This document shows positions 40,201 to 46,293 of a stretch of DNA of 46,293 nt, piece after piece. Below the pieces are notes generated by a model. The model was not told where the DNA came from. It saw only the letters and a list, made by a program, of their open reading frames with translations, and did no database searches. How positions within the stretch are numbered: position 1 is the stretch's first letter; each line of letters begins with the position of its first letter. This DNA is from an uncultured Gemmatimonadaceae bacterium (GTDB lineage Bacteria > Latescibacterota > UBA2968 > UBA8231), in assembly GCA_937919035.1 (NCBI GenBank), contig CALFPI010000701.1, positions 1 through 46,293 of the forward strand, read 5' to 3'. A program made the translations under genes and the position numbers.

Positions 40201-41794
40201 TGTCATTGCGCGCGATGAGGAGGCAATCCCGCGTGGACGGCTCGAGGATCTCCAGGTCCAGAACCGGCCTGCTCGGATCCCGGACAGCCGCCGCAAGGAA
40301 AGTCGTGTACATGGCGACGATCCGTTCGATCGTCTCGGGGTCGTAGAGGGTCCGATTGTACTCCAGATCGCCTCGCAGGCCGCCTTCCTTCGTCTCCTCC
40401 ATGACGAGGGTCAAATCAAAAGTCGCCCCGGGAGTGAACTGCCGGTCATCACGCGGGAGTATCTCCATCCCGGGAAAATCCGGCGGCGCAATCGGTACGT
40501 TCTGGAAGAGGAACGCGACCTGGAAGAGCGGGTTGTGAGCGAGGCTGCGCTCGGGCTGCAGCTCGTCCACAAGCTTTTCGAAGGGCAGGTCCTGGTGCTC
40601 ATAAGCCTCAGCGGAACTGGCGCGGACCTGAGCCACGAGTCGGCGAAACGTCGGATTCTCCGACAGGTCGCTGCGAAGTACCAAGGTGTTGACGAAACAC
40701 CCGACGACGGACTCGATCTCTTGCCGTCTTCGTCCCGCGATCGGATAGCCAACCACGATATCCTTGAGACCGTTGATCCTTGAAAGCAGAGCGGCATACG
40801 CAGCCAACAGCGTCATGAACAGGGTCGCATTCTCCCCCTCGCCGAGTGCCCTCAGCTGCGCAGTCAGTTGCCGTCCGACGGCAAGCGGGACCTTGGCTCC
40901 CTCGTAACGGTAGAATGCAGGCCTGGGTCTGTCCGCCGGCAGTGTGAACAGATCCGGTGCCCCTTGCAGGACGCTCCGCCAGTAGGCGAGATCGCGCTCC
41001 AGCTTCTCTCCGGCGATCGTTTTGTGTTGCCAGCGGGAAAAGTCCGCATACTGGATTTCGGGCTCAGGCAACAGTTGGGGCGTTCCCTGGTCAAGGGCCC
41101 TGTAGAGATCGGACATTTCGTGGAGCAGAATGCCGATGGACCAGCCGTCGGACACGATGTGGTGAGTGGTCAGCAGTAGAACGTGGTCCGCCCGATCGAG
41201 GCGCAGGAGCACGACGCGCACCAGAGCATCGGCGGCCAGGTCAAAGGGCGCCGTCGCCTCCGCCTGTATCCGGTCGTGGAGGAAGCGCTCCTTTTCGGCC
41301 TTGTCCCAAGAGGAGCAGTCGATCAATTCGAGGCCGGAGGGACCGCCTGGGCGCACGATCGCTACGGGCTTGCCCGCACGAATGGGAAAGTTCGTACGCA
41401 GCACCTGGTGACGCCGCAGGATCTCGGCGATGCTCTTATCCAGGGCTTCGACGTTCAGCGGCCCACGGAAACGGATCTGTACAGGAGAATTAAATACGGC
41501 AGACCGACTCTCCAACTGATCGAGGAACCACATCCGCTGCTGAGCGAAGGACAGGGGGGGTGGTCCGTCATCAGACGTCGCCGTGATGCTCTCAGAGGCC
41601 GTGGCGCCAGCCTGGCGGAGAAACTCAAGGATCTCACCTTTGCGCGCCGCAATCTGTTCGCGTACGGCCGCCGTCACGGTGCCCTCGGGCGCGTCGACGA
41701 CGAGTCGGTCGCCACGGACCTCGATGGCCACGTCGAGCCGGCGGAGGCTGGAGAGAAACTCGTCGATGGGCCTGCTCTTCGTGTCGTTCGTCAA
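37286..41794 (-). CDS. Nonribosomal peptide synthetase, docking-C-A(Asn, interrupted by a zinc-ribbon/PP-loop domain)-T
   Basis: 1502-aa ORF. The TTG start at 41794-41792 overlaps the upstream TGA (TTGA), with GAGAGAAG 8-9 nt upstream. No ATG or GTG is available before the docking-domain residues. Confidence 0.93.
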   Translation of the reverse strand: MTNDTKSRPIDEFLSSLRRLDVAIEVRGDRLVVDAPEGTVTAAVREQIAARKGEILEFLRQAGATASESITATSDDGPPPLSFAQQRMWFLDQLESRSAVFNSPVQIRFRGPLNVEALDKSIAEILRRHQVLRTNFPIRAGKPVAIVRPGGPSGLELIDCSSWDKAEKERFLHDRIQAEATAPFDLAADALVRVVLLRLDRADHVLLLTTHHIVSDGWSIGILLHEMSDLYRALDQGTPQLLPEPEIQYADFSRWQHKTIAGEKLERDLAYWRSVLQGAPDLFTLPADRPRPAFYRYEGAKVPLAVGRQLTAQLRALGEGENATLFMTLLAAYAALLSRINGLKDIVVGYPIAGRRRQEIESVVGCFVNTLVLRSDLSENPTFRRLVAQVRASSAEAYEHQDLPFEKLVDELQPERSLAHNPLFQVAFLFQNVPIAPPDFPGMEILPRDDRQFTPGATFDLTLVMEETKEGGLRGDLEYNRTLYDPETIERIVAMYTTFLAAAVRDPSRPVLDLEILEPSTRDCLLIARNDTRVDYPRSVTVTRLFERQVEQTPDDVAIVYEGSTATYRELNGRANRMGRLLQSHGVGRGAIVGVMLERSIDLLVGLLGIMKAGAAYLPIDASYPDGRIGQILAGSRLDLLLTRADALGRRPGLAAYQGRMLDVSDGAALAGATDNLDCAIETSDPAYVIYTSGSTGEPKGVIVEHGGLTNYVWWAKKYVAGKRMDFPLYTSVSFDLTVTSLFTPLISGGRIIVYGEQDENRVPTILQVFQDKTADIVKLTPAHLALIKDLDLKDSRVRKLIVGGEDLKTDLARRIHEAFGGNIEIYNEYGPTEATVGCMIHRYDPAMDTAASVPIGVPADNARIYLLDDNHIPVPPGAVGEMYISGDGVARGYLHRQDLTQERFSPDPFVPGARMYRTGDLARWRNEGVMEYCGRVDRQVKIRGVRVELGEIEAQLSAHDSVRECVVDVVQMSTTHDDSRDLDHCVQCGLASNYPGTTFDERGHCNQCRAYEQYRHKVAPYFTAMGELESILRGARESSTGKYDCIVLFSGGKDSTYALARLVDMDLRILAYTLDNGYISEQAKDNISRVVEALGVDHVFGTTPHMNAIFADSLTRHSNVCNGCFKTLYTLSMNLARSEGIPCIVTGLSRGQQFETRLSNFYRSDDFRAETVDRFIKEARKVYHRLDDEVSRRLDVTAFKDDQTFETVRILDFYRYCDVDLDEVYAYLDSKLPWVRPSDTGRSTNCRINDVGIYIHQKERRYHNYAMPYAWDVRMGHKKRDAALEELDDRIDVDEVRRMLAEIGYDENGKDQKRSEPVLAAYYVADTAVESEDLRAHLAARLSEAMVPTFYVPIDELPLTRNGKVDRSALAALRLARESVDLEYVAPRTTVEQRLVSIWSQLLGLDRIGIHDNFFRLGGHSLLAAQAIGRIAEDLHVELPVGILFDKATVEELALAVERQAGLGVNEEDDDLEDILSEVETMTEEEARDQLHRRQLRDLRR
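37421..37633 (-). other. Thiolation domain
   Basis: FFRLGGHSLLAAQA, followed by the acidic/helical tail EEDDDLEDILSEVETMTEEEARDQLHRRQLRDLRR. Confidence 0.85.
37685..37843 (-). other. Adenylation domain, C-terminal part (A9-A10)
   Basis: PVLAAYYVAD ... LSEAMVPTFYVPIDELPLTRNGKVDR. Confidence 0.85.
37844..38878 (-). other. Inserted zinc-ribbon + PP-loop ATP-pyrophosphatase-like domain (aa ~973-1317)
   Basis: CVQC-x16-CNQC (first Cys codon checked at 38837-38839), YDCIVLFSGGKDSTYAL (SGGKDS checked at 38627-38644), CNGC at aa 1122-1125, and single Cys residues at aa 1144, 1218 and 1247. Confidence 0.85.
38879..40174 (-). other. Adenylation domain, N-terminal part through motif A8, Asn code
   Basis: A3 PAYVIYTSGSTGEPKG, FDLTVTSLF, VKLTPAH, LIVGGED, NEYGPTEATVGC, A8 GRVDRQVKIRGVRVELGEIE. 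Code DLTKIGEVGK (the K comes from NGKVDR in the C-terminal part). Confidence 0.85.
40250..41563 (-). other. Condensation domain (LCL-like, acyl/ketide donor)
   Basis: LSFAQQRMWFLDQ, RRHQVLRTNF, HHIVSDGWS. Confidence 0.85.
41615..41773 (-). other. TubC-like N-terminal beta-hairpin docking domain
   Basis: IDEFLSSLRRLDVAIEVRGDRLVVDAPEGTVTAAVREQIAARKGEILEFL. Confidence 0.7.
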
Positions 41795-44700
41795 ATTTCA
41801 AACTTCTCTCGTTGTTCACCTGCGTTGGGGGGCGTGGCTTCCTGCCGAGACGCCCAGCGGATCGTGTCGATGTTGTCCGCCATCTCGCGGAGGGTTGGGT
41901 GATTGAAGAAACTCGGCATCGGCAGGTCGACACCCAATTGCTCGCGGACCCGCGAGATGACCTGCGTCGCCAGCAGCGAGTGCCCACCCAGCTGAAAGAA
42001 GTCGTCGTCGGAACCGATGCGGCGGATGCCGAGAGAGTTCTCCCATATTCCGGCAACGGCCCTTTCCGTCGCCGTCTCGGGGTCTTTGAATTCGGTGGCC
42101 AGGACGGGGCGTTCATGCAGGGAACCGACCCGGCCCGTGATGGCGACGACATCGGGTGAGAATTCCCGTTCCCATTCCAGGCGCGAGTGGAAATCTCGGG
42201 TCGATACGACGACCTGAGGAAGATTCAAAGCCAGGATCTGTTCGAAAACCTCGATGCCCTCTGCGCTGGTGATACCGGTGTCGAGGATCTGGTTTCTCAT
42301 CCCCGCCAGCGTTGCGGGCACTTCGGTTTCAGCGGCCATGCCGATTTCTTTCCAGGTATCCCAGTTGACGGAGCGGATCCACGGTTCGGCCGTTGCGTTG
42401 CGGCGGGCGAAGGAGTCCAGGAATATATTCGCTGCCGCGTAGTCTGCCTGGCCGAATTCCCCCAGCACGGCGCTGGTAGAGGAGCAGAGAAGCAGAAAAT
42501 CGATCGCCCGCGCCCGGAAGATCTCCTCGAGGACGAGCGTGCCTTTCACCTTGGGTTCCAGGACGCCGTCGCATTGCTGGCGGTCTCTGTTCTGGATGAC
42601 GCCACCCCCCGCCACTCCTGCGGCGTGAACCACGCCCCGGATCTTGCCGTGGGCCTCTTCCGCCTTGCGGATCACAGTCTCCATCTGCTCCAGATCGGCG
42701 ACATCCGCGGCGTAGTAGTCGACGCGTGTTCCACAAGAGCGCAGTTGCTGGAGTCGTGCAAGTTTCCGCCGGTGTGAGTCCGTTGCCGGGTCGGCATCTT
42801 CGCTGGTGGACAGGTCGGTTCTGCCCACAAGGACCAGATTCGCCCGGGCCGTCTGGGCCAGATAGCGGGACAGGACAAAGCCGATGCCCCCCAGGCCACC
42901 AGTCACCAGATAGGTTGCGCCCTGCCGGATGCGTCCGGGTGTCTGGGGGGTCGTGGGAAGGTCGACCCGATCGAAGACGCGGGCCCACCGATACCCGTGG
43001 CGGAGCGCGACCGACGTGTCGGCATCGCAGCTGCACTCCTGCCACAGTGCTTCGATCAATGCCTCGTCCGTGAGTGCCTCCGCTCGTGGTACGTCCAGGT
43101 CAATATTCCTGCACTTGAATCCGGCATATTCCTTGGGAATGACTGCCACGGGGCCCAGAACCGTCGCCCACATGGCCGCGGCGGGCGTCTCACCGAGAAC
43201 GCTGAAGATGTTTGACGTCGTATTGTGGATCCGCGGCGTCGCCCTCGGCGTTTCAGCGCCCAGTGCCTGTGCCAGGGAAAGCAGGCTGTAGAACCCCCGG
43301 TTCAGGACCGCTCCCATATCCGGGGGCAGGGAGTGAGGATCTCGGGTTTCGAGAGACCACAGGTGCAGGATATCGGAGGGCGAAAAGCCTTGCTCCCGAA
43401 GCGCCACAAGCAGATCCACATAACCGGCGGGTGCCCCCGGCTGCATGGCAAAGTGGGTCGTGTCGAGTTGCTGAAAGTGGTCGCTGATGGCGACCGTAAC
43501 GACACGGGCTCCGGTCGACCGGAGTCTCTTGGCGATCTGTTCACCCAGTCCCATCTCGTCCAGCAACAGCAGCCAGCAAGTTTGCGCCAGGTCGCCAGAT
43601 GCGCTGTGTCGCAGCTGCTTCCAGGTAGGACACCAAAACCACTGGTTCAGAGGATCGCGCCCGAGACCGAGTCGGCTGCCTGCCGACGAGGAGGGCGGGT
43701 CGATCCAGTAGCGGTTTCTCTGGAAGGGATAGGTGGGCAGGGGGATCCGACGTCGGCGTTCACGCGCAAAAAATCCGTCCCAATCGACGGCAACACCCGC
43801 AAGCCACAGGCGCCCGAGCGTGTCCAGCAGGAACTGCTGGTCTGTCTCATTGCCCTCGCCGGGAACCAGCGACGGCAGGATCGGCTGCTCCGCTTCGCGC
43901 GCCGGGTTGGCCCGGGCGAAGGCATTGAGCGTCTTGCCCGGCCCAACCTCAAGCAGGGCGTATTCAGCCCCTTTCAGCAGGACCGAAAGTCCGTCGCCGA
44001 AGCGGACGGGCTCGCGCAGGTGTCTGGCCCAGTACGAGGGATCGGCCGCCTGCGCCGCGGTGATCCAGTCTCCGGTGACGTTCGACACGAAGGGGATGCT
44101 GGCCGCATGCAGGTCCATCCTGGAAAGAGTTTGCAGGAACGGTTCCAGGATTGGCGCCATCATTCGGGAATGGAATGCGTGCGACGTACGAAGCGGTCGG
44201 CTCGGGATCTGCTCCGCCGCCAGCCTGCCTGCAAGCGCCTGGATGGCACGATCGCTGCCCGAAACGGTCAGTGCCCTGGGGCCATTCTGCAGCGCAAGAT
44301 CCAGATCACTGCCAAGGTATGGGGCCAATTCCTCTTCCGTCATGGCCACGGCGAGCATGGAGCCGCCGGGGAGTTGCTGCATCAGGCGTGCCCGCGCACT
44401 GACGATCTGCAGTGCCTGTTCCAATGAGAAGACGCCGGCCAGGCAAGCGGCGACGTATTCACCGATGCTGTGCCCAATCATCGCGGCAGGTCGAACGCCC
44501 CAGCTCATCCACAATTGTGCCAGGCTGTACTCCACCGCGAAGAGCGCCGGTTGTGTCAGGCGAGTCTGGCGCAGGGCCGCTTCGGCCTGCTCGTGGTCGG
44601 CGCCATCGGGGAAGAGAGCCCTGCGAAGATCCTGGTCGATGAGAGGCGCGAGAATGTCTGCACACCGATCGAGGTGTGCACGGAATACCGGCTCGGATTC

Positions 44701-46293
44701 GTACAAGCCGCGCCCCATGTCCACGTATTGCGAGCCCTGTCCGGGAAACATGAAAATGACGGGTCGCTCGGAGGATGGACAACTGCCAGACTGTCCCGTG
44801 TCCGTGGCTGGATCCTTGAGGACCGCCAACAACTCGCCCGTCGTGCGGGCGGTGGTGAAAAAACGCTCGGCGAAAGCGCGTCTGCCCAGAGCCAGAGTTG
44901 CGGCAAGATCGCCGGGATGCACGGCCGGGGTCTCCACGAGGTGGTGCGACAGCCGCGCTTTGACCTCTCGCAGAGCCCCGGCAGAGCGGGCGGACAGGAC
45001 ATAGGGAAGGCATGGACGGGTATCTGACGTGGTCTCCAGCGCCGGCGCTTCCTCCAGGATCACATGGGCGTTGGTACCGCCAATCCCGAAGGCGCTGACA
45101 CCGGCTCGCCGCGGAAATCCGTCGGGGCGCCGCCAGGCTGTCAGTTCGGTGGTGACGTAAAAGGGGCTTTTGTCAAAGTCGATCCGCGGGTTGGGGCGGC
45201 CGAAGTGGAGGCTGGGAGGGATCTTTCCGTGACGCAGGCAGAGGACCGCCTTCAGAAATCCCGCAATTCCCGCTGCTGCGTCCAGGTGTCCCATGTTGGT
45301 CTTCACCGATCCGATGGCGCACGATCTGGCGGGACGTCCGGCATGAACTCGGGCGAGCGCGGCGATTTCGATCGGATCCCCCAACGACGTCCCGGTCCCG
45401 TGCGTCTCGATGTAACCGATGCTTTCCGGCGCCACGGCGGCCGCCGTCAGGGCCGCCTGGATAACGTCCGCTTGACCGTTCTCGCTTGGCGCAGTGTAGC
45501 CGATCTTCTCGGCGCCATCGTTGTTGATCGCACTGCCCTTCACCACCGCGAGAATCGTGTCGCCATCGGCCATGGCGTCGTCGAGCGACTTCAGCAAGAC
45601 GGCGCCGGCACCACTGCCGCCCACCATCCCGTCTGCGTCGGCATCGAAGGCGCGGCAGTGCCCGTCGGAGGAGAAGACCATGCCCTCCCTATGGAGATAC
45701 CCCCTGACTTGCGGGAAGCTGAGCGTTACGCCGCCAGCGAGAGCCACGTCGCAACGGCCTTCTGCGATCGACTGGCAGGCGATGGCGATGGCAACCAGTG
45801 ATGTGGAACAGGCGGTCTGCACATTGAGACTGGGTCCGCTGAGATTCAGCTTGTAGGAAACTCGCGTGGCGAGGTAGTCCTTGTCGCTGGCGAGAAGGAG
45901 CTGGAACCGGTCGACCGATTCAACCAGATCCTGATTGGGGTAAATGTTATTGAGGATGTAGCTGTTGGCCCCACAGCCGGCGAAAACGCCGATGCGACCG
46001 GAGTACCTCCACGGATCGCAGCCGGCACGCTCAAAGGCCTCCCATGAACATTCGAGGAAGATGCGGTGCTGCGGGTCGAGCAGTTCCGCCTCGCGCGGCG
46101 TGAAGTTGAAGAAGTCGGCATCAAACTGGTCAGCCTCCGCAATGATCGCGTTGGCCTTCACGTATCGCGGGTCCGCAAGCAACGCGGCATCGACGCCGGC
46201 GTCGATGAGTTCCTCGTCGGAGAAGAATGTGACCGACTCCACGCCATCGCAAAGATTCCGCCAGAAGGCATCAGGGCTCGGCGCACCTGGAAA
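41791..46293 (-). CDS. Type I polyketide synthase, KS-AT-KR-carrier; the 5' end lies beyond the window
   Basis: The ORF track starts at M 46242, but the frame stays open to 46293. The reverse complement of 46243-46293 reads FPGAPSPDAFWRNLCDGV, which is the normal KS N-terminus, so the gene is 5'-truncated by the window edge. Confidence 0.93.
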   Translation of the reverse strand, partial: FPGAPSPDAFWRNLCDGVESVTFFSDEELIDAGVDAALLADPRYVKANAIIAEADQFDADFFNFTPREAELLDPQHRIFLECSWEAFERAGCDPWRYSGRIGVFAGCGANSYILNNIYPNQDLVESVDRFQLLLASDKDYLATRVSYKLNLSGPSLNVQTACSTSLVAIAIACQSIAEGRCDVALAGGVTLSFPQVRGYLHREGMVFSSDGHCRAFDADADGMVGGSGAGAVLLKSLDDAMADGDTILAVVKGSAINNDGAEKIGYTAPSENGQADVIQAALTAAAVAPESIGYIETHGTGTSLGDPIEIAALARVHAGRPARSCAIGSVKTNMGHLDAAAGIAGFLKAVLCLRHGKIPPSLHFGRPNPRIDFDKSPFYVTTELTAWRRPDGFPRRAGVSAFGIGGTNAHVILEEAPALETTSDTRPCLPYVLSARSAGALREVKARLSHHLVETPAVHPGDLAATLALGRRAFAERFFTTARTTGELLAVLKDPATDTGQSGSCPSSERPVIFMFPGQGSQYVDMGRGLYESEPVFRAHLDRCADILAPLIDQDLRRALFPDGADHEQAEAALRQTRLTQPALFAVEYSLAQLWMSWGVRPAAMIGHSIGEYVAACLAGVFSLEQALQIVSARARLMQQLPGGSMLAVAMTEEELAPYLGSDLDLALQNGPRALTVSGSDRAIQALAGRLAAEQIPSRPLRTSHAFHSRMMAPILEPFLQTLSRMDLHAASIPFVSNVTGDWITAAQAADPSYWARHLREPVRFGDGLSVLLKGAEYALLEVGPGKTLNAFARANPAREAEQPILPSLVPGEGNETDQQFLLDTLGRLWLAGVAVDWDGFFARERRRRIPLPTYPFQRNRYWIDPPSSSAGSRLGLGRDPLNQWFWCPTWKQLRHSASGDLAQTCWLLLLDEMGLGEQIAKRLRSTGARVVTVAISDHFQQLDTTHFAMQPGAPAGYVDLLVALREQGFSPSDILHLWSLETRDPHSLPPDMGAVLNRGFYSLLSLAQALGAETPRATPRIHNTTSNIFSVLGETPAAAMWATVLGPVAVIPKEYAGFKCRNIDLDVPRAEALTDEALIEALWQECSCDADTSVALRHGYRWARVFDRVDLPTTPQTPGRIRQGATYLVTGGLGGIGFVLSRYLAQTARANLVLVGRTDLSTSEDADPATDSHRRKLARLQQLRSCGTRVDYYAADVADLEQMETVIRKAEEAHGKIRGVVHAAGVAGGGVIQNRDRQQCDGVLEPKVKGTLVLEEIFRARAIDFLLLCSSTSAVLGEFGQADYAAANIFLDSFARRNATAEPWIRSVNWDTWKEIGMAAETEVPATLAGMRNQILDTGITSAEGIEVFEQILALNLPQVVVSTRDFHSRLEWEREFSPDVVAITGRVGSLHERPVLATEFKDPETATERAVAGIWENSLGIRRIGSDDDFFQLGGHSLLATQVISRVREQLGVDLPMPSFFNHPTLREMADNIDTIRWASRQEATPPNAGEQREKFEI
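41869..42075 (-). other. Carrier protein domain
   Basis: FFQLGGHSLLATQV (a PCP-like GGHSL motif). The tail ends NAGEQREKFEI. Confidence 0.85.
42208..43647 (-). other. Ketoreductase (structural + catalytic subdomains, uninterrupted)
   Basis: WFWCPTWKQ...LHLWSL...NIDLD, GATYLVTGGLGGIGFVLS, VVHAAGVAGGG, LLLCSSTSA, QADYAAANIFLD. Confidence 0.85.
43873..44763 (-). other. Acyltransferase domain, malonyl-type
   Basis: FMFPGQGSQ, GHSIGE, SHAFHS. Confidence 0.88.
45043..46293 (-). other. Ketosynthase domain (partial at the window edge; Cys-His-His intact)
   Basis: QTACSTS (Cys codon checked at 45808-45810), ETHGTGT, KTNMGHLDAAAG. Confidence 0.92.

Overview
The window is an internal slice of one large hybrid NRPS / type I PKS biosynthetic gene cluster. 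I support eight genes, all on the minus strand. They are packed as an operon, with 4-nt TTGA overlaps or gaps of 1-15 nt; the exception is one gene flanked by 63-nt and 146-nt spacers. In transcription order (high to low coordinates): (1) a 5'-truncated PKS, KS-AT(malonyl-type HAFH)-KR-carrier. (2) An NRPS with TubC-like docking, C, A and T, whose Asn-code A domain is interrupted by a ~345-aa zinc-ribbon + PP-loop (SGGKDS) domain. (3) A trimodular NRPS: a Val-like module, a module with an unassigned code and an embedded methyltransferase, and a Thr module. (4) A PKS, KS-AT(malonyl-type)-KR split by a methyltransferase-DH-ER-ACP, which is a non-canonical order. (5) A monomodular NRPS (docking-C-A(Gly code)-T). 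(6) A cobalamin-type (class B) radical SAM enzyme. (7) A 4150-aa NRPS, C-A(Tyr code)-T-C-A(Val/Ile-like)-T-E-C(DCL)-A(Asn code)-T-C. (8) The start of a further NRPS that begins directly with an A domain and runs off the window. I saw no loading module, TE/R release domain, tRNA, rRNA, CRISPR array or mobile element. Every plus-strand ORF in the track is an antisense shadow ORF of these high-GC genes. The best candidate for something new is the PP-loop/zinc-ribbon domain embedded in the Asn adenylation domain. It suggests on-line ATP-dependent O-to-S or O-to-N exchange giving a thioamide, amidine or nitrile. Secondary leads are the radical SAM gene, which carries a docking-like acidic tail; the KR-split-by-MT PKS module; a slippage-prone tandem repeat inside a condensation domain; and repeated TTG/TTGA translational coupling. 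Domain coordinates come from hand counting and are good to roughly +/-30 nt. Substrate calls come from hand-extracted Stachelhaus positions. No database search was possible.
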